In this document: piece after piece, positions 26,601-41,600 of the stretch
Layout: every line of letters starts with the position of its first letter
How positions within the stretch are numbered: the stretch's first letter is position 1
Origin: Bugula neritina
Taxonomy: Eukaryota > Animalia > Bryozoa
Length of the DNA stretch: 64,000 bases
Assembly: GCA_964035545.1 (NCBI GenBank)
Contig: OZ037765.1
Location: 12,348,698-12,412,697, forward strand
Direction: 5' to 3'
Made by a program: the position numbers and the translations under genes
Notes under the pieces: generated by a model
Told to the model about the DNA's origin: nothing
The model's input: the letters and a program-made list of their open reading frames with translations, nothing else
Database searches by the model: none

Positions 26601-29600
26601 TAAGTCAATACTTATTATCTACTCCCATTCCATCAATCTTTTGTGGAGGAAAAACTGTATATTATTACCAAGTATGATTAGCATTATCTAGCATAATTTA
26701 GTCATTTTGATGTTCATGTTTGCATCTAATTACATGCAATTATTTACATTTATAGCTCATGGTCTTATGCAACTGTGTGTGATAGTGGAGAAAGACGAAA
26801 TTGGCTATGGTTTGACTGTTAGCGGTGACAAACCTGTGCATGTTCAATCAGTTAAAGAGAGTAAGTTTACAGTCTTGACATTTCCTATTTGACAGCAATA
26901 TCGATTTGAACACCAAATCAATTGAAATGAGAAAAACGACTTTTAATTTTAGTAAAGGAGTAATACATTTAGGAAAAATTCACTAACATTGTGATCTCAA
27001 TGACATTATTTAAATGAATTGAGGTAATTTTCACACTATAAATCTCTAATTCTAACCATGATAGGCACATTTATGGTATACAGTCATGAACTGTAACTTC
27101 TGAAGTGAAAAGGTTTGCTAATTAGTGCTACCACTAAGTTTGCTAATGAACCATAAAATTAAGAACTCATTTCTTTAACTCTAATGTTTTTAGCTAGAAA
27201 CGCTGCGAAACCCCTAGGTTGTATCATGAGGGGGAGGGGGTCAAAATATGAACAGAAGACAACTCTAATTACTCTTATTCAGTGCATGAAAAGACAACTA
27301 CCAAATTGATACATGTATTAAGCTGTCTTAGTTACAGATGTTTGTATCAGTGCTAGATGCTTGAAACAGAGTTGTAAATAAATGTTGGTTAGAAAATATA
27401 TATTGCAACAGGTGTAGTACTGAGACTGAAGGTTTAAACCATCTGAAGAGATGAGATGAAGCTTCCATTGACTAATAATTCTGTCCTTTGGGTCAAGTTC
27501 AGTATTTCGGGTCAGGTGTCAGAAGTGGTGCTGGCATGCTGCACGCTTAAGGCAGTTTTTCTAGAGAAATCTGGTTCTTGTAGACCTGACGGCTGTTTAT
27601 TTTGTTAATATGCTGTCATACATGTTTCTATTATAGATGGAGCGTCAGCAAGAGCTGGTGTAAGGACTGGAGACAGAATCTATAAGGTGAGTATTGCTGC
27701 ATTTTGTGAGTTCAATTCTGAGTCATGGACCATGTTTGTTTTATTAGAATTCTTTTACTCGGCAAAAATAGGTGTATTGTTACAACTTTACAACTTTACA
27801 AAGGCTAATTAAGTTATTTTGTTAAAAGGGATTTTTAAGCATTTTAACCTATTGGATCAATGAGGTTTTTAGCATTTGAAATAGTTGTAAAGTGTAAAGG
27901 TAATTAATTAGACTGAGAACTGGCAACATTTTTAGCACTGGGGTCGTATAAAAAATGTAAATTTGGATGAAAAACCAACTCTGTATAGCAGTTAATGACT
28001 ATTACTAGAGTCTATTTTGGCAAAACTTTCAACGCTGAAGAAAGGAGGCATGAAAATTTGCTAAAGTCTGCAAGTTATTCTCCAAATTCACCCAATTAGT
28101 AAGCTAGCCACAATGAAGGATTAGCAATTTGCATTCAACTAACTACTTTAAAATTTCTATTTTTTATAAAAAAATTGCAGATAAAATAATAGTCATACAA
28201 GCGGGTGCTTTTGAGTTTACCAAAGTTGATTTTAGCAATATGCAACTTATTTATTCATTTTATTGGGCTTGGTATTTGATTATTATATAAAATGTGTTAA
28301 TTTCAATAACTAGTTTAATCAAATCAAAAGCTTGTCAAGTTGAAAGTGCATTGTATGTATATTGGGAGTTGATTTGTGGACAAAGTTGCGTTCACTGGTG
28401 GTAAAGAAATTCAATAAGCTTTAAAGGATCTCTGACACACTTAATTTGGGCAGTTTTACGATATTCATACAAATCTTACATATCATCTTCAAGCTGTTTG
28501 AGAGTTGTATGCTCAAACAAGTTTGTTGTATAACAAATTTTGTGAAAACATACTGATGAAGTTTCCAGTTGGCTCTGAAGTCTGTGGTATGATAGTAATA
28601 CTAATAGTTATTGTTGCTGAATGTCATTGCCTGCCAAAACACAGCTGGCTGGCTCGAAAGTTGAAACTTTGAACTGGGTATTTTCAAACTTGCAATATTA
28701 TAATCTGATGAATTTTGTTCTTCTAAACCACTTTATACTATAATTTCTGAAATTTTTCGTTTTAGGTTAATGGATCGTTGGTAGCCAACTTTGACCACAC
28801 AGAAGTGGTTAATCTTATAAAAGGTGAGTGGGAGTGGACATTTCATTTGGTAAAAACAAAAATAGTGAGCTTTGCACGTATACTGCTACTGTAAGTAACG
28901 TGCCACAAGGAAACTCTTAGATGAAATTTAGACATATTTTCTAATGATTTAACATGTTCCAATGGTGAAGAAGCAGGGCAATTATCAATTTTCACTAAGA
29001 AGCATACACTTTTTAAAGGGTCAATCATTGGACGAGCTTTCTAAATGTATTAGACTCATTTTTTTAAAAAAAAAACTAGCAAAGTTATAGTTGCCATCCC
29101 TGCGAGAACCCTCTAATGGGCAGTTTTTTTTGTTAAATCAGGCTAGGACTTATTCAGATGGGCCACAGGAGCAATTATGAGTGGATGATTTTCCTAACAT
29201 CACCAACGGCCTTTACTGGGGTTCGAACCCATGATTACCAGTTTACTAAGCCAAACACTCTAACTTCTAGACCACTGCTGCTCCTATACTCACAATTTCA
29301 GTGCTTTTGCTATTATGAATATAAATTGCATGGCATAGATGCTTATAATAAGATATAGATAAATATAGCAACTTTGAAGTTTTTGGCCTAATTTCGAAAG
29401 TTTATATTTTTATCTAAAATAATAGGATTTTGTATATTAAACTTTTGGAATTTTTCATTCTCTCCAACTAGTAAATCACTCCATAATATTAAGCAAGATT
29501 GTAAGAATCAATAAGGGATTCTTTAACTTGTAAAATATAAAAATCAATTTAAGCGTAGAAAATTATCTGCATACCATATTTTTCTTGAGTGCTAATAAAC

Positions 29601-32600
29601 AGTGTTTGGTAAATTATGGGATACTGTTTAACGTTTAAATAGCATCATCCTGTTATAGTTGGTACTGTTTGGAGTTTTCTCCTTATAGTTTATTTGAAGT
29701 GTTGAGGAGACAATTTCTTTGTTTCTCAGTTCTCCCTACAACAGTTATCACCTGTCTGTAGCTTAGTGAGTAGATGCTAGTGCTGATCTACTTTATTCCA
29801 AAGGTCCTCTCAACATTAGTGTCAATGCTTTTTCCACTGGGTCCTGGCAGATTAGAATAGATAATAATAATCAGAAGTTTAGCGTTTGATACAAGGTTGA
29901 TTACCTTTATGTTGACAAAGTAATCATTATGATGAGTGGCTGACTAAGGCGATATAGCTTTCTATTGGGACATACCTTAGCCAACGTCAACAACCTCCAT
30001 AATATTGTAATTGCTACTATCTGTTCACACAAATAGTGTGGTGCTAATCATCCAGTAGCTCATACTGGCGAAGTAAACCCCTGTATTCAGTTCATATACA
30101 TCGGCAGCCACATCTTTTGAACTTGGAGCTTTTTAAAGCTATTGTGAAGGAAGTATACCTACTATTCTGGGTTGTATAGCAGCACTATTTACTTTGAAAG
30201 ATTAGTTGTAACAAGGACTTTGGATATAAATATTTATTATTGTAAATAATACTACTGCCATAAGTGACTTGACATTGTCAGTTGCCCTTGAACACCTACA
30301 GGCTGCAGTAAATTACCGTGTTTGCTCATGTGACAATTTATCTGATAAGAGGAAACATTTGAGATGGTGGTAGACTATACTTTGTGTCAAAGCAAAGCTT
30401 GGCTATCCTGACCCTCGACTCAACTTCAGTCTAACATTACAGTCAGTAAATCACCAATGGTTCAGTGTTTATCGGTCATTCAACTGGGCATAAACCTGGT
30501 AATTGCTGTTGAAATCAACTGGACTAAACAAGAGTGCATGTCATATTCGCTGCATTAATTTGGAAGTACATACTGTGGTGCTTTTGCTACGAGTCTACAT
30601 GAGTCAACAGCACTTGATATGGATTACATATTCACCAGTGGAAAGTCGAGTGTTAGGAAGAGATATGCTCGTAGGGGAAGTTTGCCCGCTGAAAGCGTGT
30701 CAACTGTTGATCTCACCGACATAGGTGGTCACAACAATAACTTAGGCAGTGTAGGCAGCGAGGAGTGCATACTGTCACCAACTCCAGACTCACCACCCAA
30801 AGTCTACCAACGTCTTTCTAGACTTTTCTGTATGTATTGATTATAGTTGCTAGCATTGTATTTCAAAAGGCGCCATATATATTATATTATATCTAGTTGA
30901 ACTCGTGATGAATGTTGTTGAAGGGAAAAGCAGCTACGTCGCCATTTATTAGTGTTTTTATAATATTTTTTATGCTTATTGGCATAGCAGGATGTTCAGA
31001 AAGATAGGACTGTACTACAAGCCTAAGACAACTGTATTGAAAAAAACTCACTTGGGTTTATAGTAAAACCTCCCTGAAAGAACCCCTTTGGGAAAGGGTT
31101 GTTAAGTGGGCCAAGGAATTGTTCAGTATTGAGGGTCAGACTTTGAAAATCCTTTTTATAATTTGTGAAAATGTAGGTGTCAAATGATTTTTTCGTTTCA
31201 TAATTTTAAAAGTTGAAACATTATAAAGACTTCAATTTTTTCAACATTAGTAACTCTTATTACTAATGCGTGGAGACTTGGGCTGCGTGTCTCTGAAAAT
31301 ATATAGCCATGTTGTACAAGCATAGGTAGGAGGTAAAACAGTTTGAAATTTCTATTAAACTTCTTCCTACTTCAGGAGACATGAATACCAGTAAAAATAT
31401 CTACTTACACTTTAGGAATGCTAGTGTATCTAGGCACTGGGAATTTCAGGCAGTAGTTCTAGTGAATATTTCAAGTTGGTAGGAAAACCATAAGTAAATA
31501 AATCGCAATGGTAAGACTAGGTGGCAGCCTGATGATGCCTTCAGCTTTGCTGCTACACATCTTTATCTAATGAGCAAAAACCTTGTTTTCTTTGTATGTA
31601 ATAGCCTACCATTAACTTGTCATCTCCTGTATTTTCAATGAGCTGTTTTCCTACCAAACTGTACCTACATACCAGATATATACACTCTCTTTAGCCTGTT
31701 AGCAACTTACATGTTGCCCATTTCTTTTCTACGCAGATATAATAAGTACCAATCGCAATTGTTGGTATATTACACGTTTTCATGTATTTCAGCTGGATCT
31801 CATGTAGCACTCACATTGCTACGGAAGCCTGAAAGGGAGCACCATAGGCTTTCCAAGGCCCCAGCATCACCAGGTGGCATAAGTGCAAGCAGCTCAAAGT
31901 CAGCAGGGGGTTTCAGTTCTGCCAGTGCCAGATCTTCTGTTGGCTCAGACAGAATAACCCATCCTATACCAGCTGATGTGAGTAGTTATAACTACAGTTA
32001 CCTTGCACCTCTCTACAAGATATTCCTATGCATCGTCAGTTAGTTTATGTTATAGTTTAGTATAACAAGCAGAGTGTATTTTCATTTAATAACAAAAAGT
32101 AATATAGCTGCATGGATTTGATTACAGATTGAACTCTGAAAGATGAGTGTATACTTGTATATGAATTCCTAGCGTCTAGGCACTGTCACACTAGGTGTTT
32201 ATCAAGATGCTGAGCTATAAACCTAATTATTAAGTGTTAAATTTCCTACAACTTGCTCTCTAGCTTCTAGTCTGTTGTAATCTGTTTTAGGCGAGACAAC
32301 TCAAGGTGATTCAGGTTCTCCAACATTTTTTTTCTGAAACTTGTTAATTCAGTTGTTTAGCTGCTTTTAGCTTGAATAATACACACTGCATGTTTTTACA
32401 GTTATTTCTACACTAATTATTAAACTCTTTCTTGCCCAAACCCCCCAATATGTCTCTTATTTTAACCCTAAAGTATAATTTCGGTTTCTACTTCAGAGGG
32501 TAGTATTAATACCATATCCAGGTGTACTATTCTGGCATGGTAACCTTTACCAATTGGTCAAACCCAAATGGTTTGGGTTTCATCATCAGACCATTCCTTA

Positions 32601-35600
32601 AAGGTTTTTCCATCTGAATATTCCCCTCAAACTACATTACCCTGTAGCTAGTTGTCGAGTCCAGTCTCACTAATTGTTGGCAAGTTGGTGTTCTATTGGG
32701 GTATTTCTAAGGTGATAACTTCCCACACGTCACAGCATTGTTTAGATAAGATTCAACAACTAAATTGAAACTTGTGTAACATTCCACCCATGGTAGTCAC
32801 TGCTCTATGATGTTGGAATGTATCATATCAGTCAATATTAAATAAGAGGTTGTCTTCCCACTGTGACTTCAACTTCTTCAATAAACTTTTCTTCCTAAGC
32901 CTTTGAATTCAAATTCCTCCAATCAAATTGCTTCGATTCACTTTTGAAATAGTGAAACCTAGTGGGCTAAACCCACTGTTTTGAGCATTTTTTTAAAGCT
33001 ACAGTATTGTAGTCTATATTTTTTACAAAACATAATTATATATTGCTTATTTAGAAATGATTCCCATGTTTAGTTTAACCCAAAAAGCTCATCTTTGCTA
33101 ATTAAACGACTTCATACAATTCGGGAGTTACAGCTTTTAAAAGTGAGTTGTCTCCCTCGTAAAGTAGATAGTAAGAAAACTGAATCAGCTGGACCACAGA
33201 TTCCTTATTATAAATTGTGAACACCGATTACTGGGGGTGTGCACATCATGGGTCTACTAGGGTATAGTGTAGCCTTGATTCACATATGTATTCAATTTAA
33301 AACCTTGGCAATGACCTTAACTTTTCCAATTGGGTTAAGTTATTTTAAATCTTCATCAGTTAATACGTCTGGCTGTTCCTCTAGAATCTAGAGTCTCAAA
33401 AGTAAACTGTAGAGTATGAAATGGTAGACTGAGGTGTAGGTATAACAATACAGACCCCTTCTTTCGTGGTTCTATTCTACTTTCGTTCCCTTTATACCAG
33501 TCTCATCTCTCTTCCTTATTGAAACTGTTGACGCTTGAAACATTTGGCGGCAATTGGGCTGGAAGTTGTCTACAAATATTGAGTGATAAATAAAGCTGAG
33601 TGAGTGACCAGCTTATTTGATAAAATGAGTGTTTTAAAGCCACACAGGTGACAGGAACTCTTTGAGTGTGTGACTCTGGCTTACTGACATTGAAACTATC
33701 ACCAGGAATAACCCACTACTGCATTCAGCACCATCTCTTGGATTTACTTGTATTATTCTGCATTTTGACATGTTTGTAATTTTATTAATGTTTTCTCAGG
33801 CACAGCAAGAGCAACAGGCTGCCAAGGAGCGGATAGATACATTCCGTAAAATGCTTGATGAGGCTGTAGCTGTTGAAAATGTAAGAAGATTATACCTAAT
33901 ACAGTTCATGCTCTCCGTTTTTAAACAGTTTTTAATTTCATTAAGGTGCTTATAAATGTATTAGGTGTTTATAAGAACAGTGTGCTTGTATTTAAATACA
34001 GTTGAGGCAGATTTCTTCTGTTAGCAACAAGGTGTTCGGATGACATATCAAAGATTGATCTTATAAGGGGTTTTACACATGTTGCAATGTACTCAGGTTA
34101 CTGGTACACATACACATGATGTACATAGTAGGGCATATTTCTTTGACTCATTGCGTCCACTTGTTTTGGCTAGTTGTAAACTTACCACTGGCCACTGTAA
34201 CATGTTGAGAATTCTGCTTTGACTTCTCTGACTGAAAATTCCCAGTTTTGATACTCGTCTTCATTTGTTGGTAGGCATTCCAGGTGTCTTACCAAAACCA
34301 GGTTGAAAATGTCTCTAACCAGACTATAGAGAGTTATCTATGATTTAAAAGTCCTGTGCAGTTAGAAATTATGTGTATAATAAATCTGCTATCTCAGCTG
34401 ATACGGTGTACTACCTGTTTATCAGCCATAATCATACGCATTCTTCTTTAGGGTGTAACTACTCTCTAGCCCTAGTCCTATTATAGTTATGAATAACTAT
34501 AAGTGACATCCTACTATTTAATGAACCAACTGCACCCTTGGTCATTCAACAAAACTATTTGCCTGCTTCTGAATATGGTTGTTTCTTTCATACTGGTACC
34601 AAATGACTGTGCAATACCACTGCTGTTGCAGCTGCTGTTACCACTATGGCTCCTAAGGCTACTGCTGTTTGGTTAAATTTTTACTACTATCACTACTTTT
34701 ACTATTACTGCTAGTACTACTGAAACTACAACTAGTACAATAATTGCTACTAATATGATTACTGGTACTGAGTGAAGTTTAGTTGTCCCAATAATATTTG
34801 AGTGTTTCAGATCATCTAATGCATTACAAAACCTTCAAAAAACTCTTTTCAGAAACTTCAACAAGAATTCAACAGAAGTAAAAGCTCTAAAGTAGAGGCC
34901 AAATTACAGGATGCTAAAAAGACTACAGGAAGTATCCGTAAGCAGCTGGAGTCACTAACTTCCGGTTCTTTTGATGTAAGTATAAAGCAGGGGGTACATG
35001 TCTAAACCTGCAACCCCTCTAGTTGCTAGTCAAGATTTCCTCTCCATATATTACCTGCCACCAGTTAACCATGTCTTCATTCTCTTTCTTCAGACATTAA
35101 TACTATGATTTCGATATGTTTGTCTGCTAGATCTACCATGATTACCAGTTTACCATTGAACATTGACTATAACATCGGAGCATATTCAGAGTTTATGATA
35201 AAGTTTTCAGATTTGAAAGGTTCAATCTGCTAGCTGCATAACATATTATGTTTGGTAGAACAGCAATGCATTGTTGTTAATTATTAATACGTGTACCACA
35301 TTGGTTTGTAAGAAATTCAACTTTGAGATAATCAGGTGCTTTCATGAACTTGCATTGAGTAGGTTTAGCTGAAAAGAAAGAAATTAATTTTTACTCTAAA
35401 ATAGATTAGACCTTCAGTTCAATATACATTCAAAAGTTGAGAAGTTATGTAACATAACTGCTAGATTGCTAACTTTAATAAATCCATTCCGATTTCTCAG
35501 TGCCCAAACTATCCCTGCTGCCCAGCATCATTTTACAAACTAGCTTCCTAAACTAATTATCTCAATTGCTTTTCTATTTCACTTTTTCTGCTTGAAATTA

Positions 35601-38600
35601 TTATAACCCTCACTCAAACAGTGTATTTGCTTGGCTGTTTCCACTAATTAGTACCACACTTCCTTAGACCTAGATCTGCTAGTAATTCATGTAGGTAGGG
35701 CACTAGCACCGGCCTCATACTGATGTCCTGAGCACTGGCTACCTATGCAGTGCTACTACCTGCTGCTATACTTGAAAATCAGTGCAAATAAATGACTTAG
35801 TGCTGTTGGATAAGACACTCGTCTGAGTTGAATCAAAACAAACATGCCAATTTGACAGAATATGGCATTCTAGTAGCCTGCCACTAAAGTAAGCAAACTT
35901 GTCTCAAGTAACTAGTTATTGATGGGGTATGTATACTAGCTGTCGAGAGGGCATCTCCTTATACTTCTTAGCATGCACTGGGTCAGATCAAAGATCACCA
36001 CCAATCACTTCACATAACTTTACTATCTGTATGTTTGTAGTTAGCAAAATCTATTATATCTACTTTTGGTATTTTTCTATGTTCACTGTCTCTTCTACGA
36101 GTGAAACAGTATTGAGTTTAGGAAACTGTAAAATACAGTTCTTGTTTGCCACAAACCTGCCAGACTTCAAGATCTCTTCAATTCATTAAATAATCGTTTG
36201 TTCTGAACTGCTTTGCCGCACTTTCTAAAGTCTAAACCAATCTTGTCAATGTCAATTGGTTCTCATGCTTTGCATACAGATGGTTGTAGTGTCAAAATTA
36301 TTTTTATACTACATATGGTACCATATTATATTATTAATATTTCAATATTTTGTATGATATAATTATCTACTGGATAATAGACGTGTTTAAGCGTATATGA
36401 TATTTGTCCTTACAGTTGCATATAAAAAATTCTCTTCTGTTGACTAAAAATTTAAGTCAATTGTGGCACTGTGAGAAGAGTAGGTAACTTTATTGATCTG
36501 TACAGTAATATGGTGTTCCATAGATGTAAGTCTGTTAGCCAGTTTCCTAACTCCACTGGTGTTAACTTGTTTCATCAAAATTTCTTTCAACAACTGGCAG
36601 CTATAAAAGCTGATGCAAAGTCAGGATGACATTGTTTTCTTTTGTTTCTGTGCCACATTTTTGTGCTGCGTTTCCTCGGATTGCATTCTCTATGAACTAA
36701 CCTGTAAGTAGAGTCACTCTTCAGTCTAGTGACTAGCTGTTTCTCCATCTGTTCTCTCCTTTATAGTGTTCATCTCATTCCATAGCTCTAAGTCAACTTT
36801 CTCTTTCACTACACCTGTTACATTTGACATTTAGATGCGATTAACATCAAACAGAAATAGCGTGTGCTTGGGAGATATTTCATCAAGTTCAAGTGAACAT
36901 ACTCACTCCCCGGTAAGTGTTGCTGCATGCCCTTATACGTGTTATAACAATGCTCAATCTGTACATTCTCTGTCTGCATCTATCCTGCATCTCTGTGACA
37001 GCCAGTTACACCAGATCACTTACTCACTAGCAGCCTGTTCCTTGTTAAACTGTCAGTTTTCAGGTGATTGATTGCTTAGCAGCCATCAGTAAATGTCTGA
37101 ATGGTGACAGTTTGCAAAACTCCTACAAAAGACAGCTTCCTTGAAAAAATGACATGGCATGTAGCTTGCATCTGTAAAAAATATGCATCCATCAAATCTC
37201 TAACCTTTCAGCATCTGAGCTCATTTATGTCCGCGTGCTCAATATTTTTGCCTTCATCCAATAACCTTCAAGTGTGGTAGCCATTCTATCTTCTGCACAA
37301 GCTGTGCTGTGTGTGTGTGCTGGCTGAACACAATCACTCTTTATTAAATTAATCACTCACCATCTCAAATATAATTCACTTTTTGGAAGAAGGTCATTCT
37401 GTCAAAGGAATGCCTCAACTTCATTCTTCGTGCTCTGCAAGAATGCTGTAAGCTTAAATCAACTAGGCCTCCTTCATGCATGCTGCTAAATTAGATTGGA
37501 AGCCAGCAAATTAAATAATACTTTAACTGGTGAAATAGGTCAGCAAGCAGCTCCCGCTCAAAGCTTCTTGGTCCATCGGTGGGGCGATCAGTTCACGGGA
37601 TATTTTTAACTCGAGAAAAACACCTCGAGTTAGAAATACTTCTGTGAAACGCTCCCACTCAGACTCGGTGAAAAAGGGCTCTATGCTTTATCAGCAGGTA
37701 TGACAGCATGCTTCTACAGTGCACTCTCACCAAGCAAAGCTTCAGTCATAACCTCGTTTTACTACTAGCCCTATATGTTGCATCTGCACCATTATTTTAT
37801 ATGGTTTGTTAAGTTGAATTTTGCTAATGTATTTTATGTTCACCAGTGGCTTACTTTCATTTAAGCACTCCCTGTTGAGACATCGACTTTTAGACTGAAT
37901 AACTAAAAAAAGAACTGGCATCATGACCTAGTGGTGTTAACCTACAATTTCAACTGATTTAGCGGAATGGTTTTAACATATATTGTTTCATGACTAAAAG
38001 TTGTATGAAATAGGTGGGCTTTGCACAGTGTAGTCAGTCTGTGTGTTGTATTTCTTCAATTTATAAATAGCTACTTTCTGTGATCTGCCCCCTCCCTTGT
38101 TCTGCTATATTAGGTTGGTGAGTTTCTGTTTTTTAAACCTGAACTTGTTAGGCTTTATAAGTTTTCACTTTCGTTTTGAGCCTGTAGATGTTTGAACTTT
38201 ATGTTATGTGATTTTATACAGTTGCTGCCAGTTGCTTTAAAGCGAAAGCTGATGATGTTGAAGGTAAAATTTGTATGACCTTGTTTCGTTTTACCATCTT
38301 GTGTGGGTTAGGTTGTTGGCTGAGTTGCATTTTACTCACCTTGGTTTTGAGCTGCACCTTACCGATTGATAATGTTCGAAAGACAGAATAGCTACACAGA
38401 CCAGAGTATGCTTTCTTTATTTCTTCAGCAAATTATTCTATTATCTCAGCTTTTTATATTCTTACTAATGTGAAGTTGAGGTTTATAAAAAAAAACATTC
38501 TAATAAACTTGTGTCTGAAGATGGATGGCGTCTTTACCAATAAATAAATGTGAATTAGTTTACATTTTTCATCGAACCTATCAACACTGTTGCATCACTT

Positions 38601-41600
38601 TCCGTACATGTTGACTTTTGTCTGTGTAGCTACTTGTGAATGCAGTTGTTGTGTGTTAGCTAGATGTGGCATGTTCTACCCTGTGTTGATATAGATAAGC
38701 TTAGAACTTCTGTATCAGAGGCTACCCTATTAACAACTGATAAGTGAATGACCTGCAAGCAACACCTTGAAATACACTTAATGGTCTTATTTATAATTTA
38801 ATTTAAGTTAACTTTGAAGTTGGCAAAGCCGTGCATGTTAATAACTAAATTGTACACTGACTAGTTACTAATAGGAACTCTGCACGATTAGCTTAGTAAA
38901 AGTTGTCTCACCATCGTAGTTTAAAATGTAGAGTGTGCAGAGTATTATTTTGTTGTACGTTGCTGCCTTTACTGTATAGACAGGAAGGACCTTTGGTGTT
39001 GTATTCCAATATTACATATACACCTGTGTTATTTTACTTCCTCCAAAGAGCTTTTTTGGCTTTGTTAGTTGTCCTGTGTCCCATGTTTGTCCATTGAATT
39101 GAGATTGATCAGTATAATTCTCTCTACCAAACAGGTGAATGTTACTGGTGGCCACATGGTAAAGATAGCTATGTAATATTGTGCACAAGTTGTACATACT
39201 TGTGCATACACACATAAATGTGCTATAGGTGTACAGCACTTTCTTATAATTAAACTCTGCACTGCTACTTGTTAGCTCACATTCAACAAAAATTTGCTAT
39301 TTGTGTAAGCAGGTCACACAACTCCAAATTCAAAAGTTGTACACAATTTAAAGCAATTATAATTACTGTTATGTCCAATATAAATATTGGGTTAATACTT
39401 TTTTCAGCTTGTCTTACAACCAGTAAACTTAGTTCTTTCTGCAAATTAATTGGCAATTTGTGGTATTTGCTCTGTTATCTTGAAAAATCAAAATTTTAAT
39501 CAAAATGATTTTCATAATTAACAATAATATTGCAGCTCACCAAAGTTTCTACTAGAGATTGCAAAGGCATATTTTCATTTGCCTAATGATTTAGTTTCCT
39601 AATTTTCATTATAAAACTGGTTTTATTTTGAAATTTGTTAAAAATTATATAAAAGTTTTAACTTTTTCAACAGAAAAATCATTAGGTCCACGTGAATAGA
39701 TGTTATTGTATTCTTTTTACACTGAAGGCAACAGGCATTTGTTTTTAGTTTTGCCCATAAAATATAATTGCCACAATGCAAAACCACTAGCATATTATAT
39801 CGTATTGTTCATCCCCTTGCGTCATTACGTTGAATATAACATATCGCCAGTTATGCCAGTATGAAAGCAAGGCATGCATCCCTGTGAATATTGTACTGAA
39901 TCAAGGTAGTCATATCAAAATAGTAAAATACTAGGTGTACCCAATAACACTATCGGTTTCTGTAAGCTAGTTCACTTATATAAAAAGTGCAATAGCAAAT
40001 TTAACGAAGTCTTTCTTAGCTAATACCTAGCAATTGCCATTCACTACTAGCAGTAATAGAAATTATTGATTTCAATCAACATTGTTATTGTTGCTGCGAC
40101 TGGCTATTCACTGCTGGACTGATATTTGTATAATCATACTAAGTGTCCTTAGCATATCTACAAGTGCAGCTTATTTAACTGTTCGTCTCTTAGCTTATAG
40201 TATACAAGCATTGTTAGTAGTTAGTTACTTTCTTGTCAGTCACATTTGGCTATCGCCAAGCCTTTGGAAGCTGTTGGTTTTGTAACACTTTCACCATACT
40301 AATTCGGGATATCGTCCCCCTGGCTCTTCACTAGGAACTTGTGTAAACAGTACACACTCGCTGTATGTATTGTGCTTCATTATAAGTTTCTGTGGCTATC
40401 TCCACGCCATAGCTTCGACGTGCAAGGATCTTAAACTCAAACCTTTTAATCTAGTTTAAAAACTAAAGCAAAGCTTCTTTGCAATAGAAAACTAAATGTT
40501 ATTTTTCTAAGGGACAAAGCATGTTTTCTACTTCTATTGTTGAGCAAAAGTTGACACTTATAACCCAGCTAAGTATTACAGTTGGTTGTATGAAATGGTC
40601 ACGCTTGCTGCGGCAAACTTGTTTGTTGAGTAGAACAAGTAGGCTCTGCCATATTAGGACTTTACGTAGCATTGCTGAGCTGTTTCTTGTTGAAGTCACC
40701 TATTGTTGTCATTAACTTACAGGCTGCTTCAGTGCCAGCTTCTGTAGACTCCCCTGACTCTAGCATCGTCAGACCTTCTACCGCGTCAGCTAGCATTGAT
40801 GAGTTTCACGGCAGCATCACCACTTCTCCAGCTTCAGATACTGATGAAGAACCTGTAAGTTGCATTTTGTTACCAAATTATACAAAATACAGTAATATGT
40901 TTCAACTACATTTCTCTATGAAGGCGAGTAACATTTTATGCCAAACTTGAGAGATATATTATATTATATGCTAAGGTGAGTAATGCGGCACTATTATCCA
41001 TATTGGTAATATAATGGCAACATGCAGTGTAGCAACGGCATAGATGGTCCTGTATAGCGTGTATGCTATTTAGTGCCTAATTTTGATCTAATTATATACT
41101 CTCTAAAAGACAAGTAAAGTTTTTTTTACTAAGTTTCTTTCTTTTCATTATCAGCTGTCATTGTAATCCTTAGTATGTGAGCTCTGTGCTGTGATATACA
41201 ACAGTTCCAAGATAAAATGCTTTATTGTTAGATACTATCATAATGATGTAATGTTTGTTTATGCAATTGTTACCTGGTGCCTTTCGTGTTGTTTCAACGA
41301 ATTAATTAGCGCTACCATAACTATTTTAGAATTTTTAGAAGAATAGCACATAATTATATTTAGATCAGTGAGTCTCAGACTGTTTCTACAGTTTTGTACT
41401 TTGGCCAGTTCTGGCACGAAAGACAGACAAAGTGCTTTCTTCATTGCATCCACTGCTTTGCATTACTATTTGAACTCAATTTCTGGACTGGTTACACTCA
41501 ACTGGCCAGTTCAGCGCCCTATTCAATTTCCCCCAATCACTGGAGTGTATAATGGAAATATTTTGTAACTGGTATGGCTAATGCACTTCTGGGAGCTGGC

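Noticed and set aside
32480-32900. C-type-lectin-like nested fragment on the minus strand
   Set aside because: Only vague WSD-type words, several stops, no splice structure.
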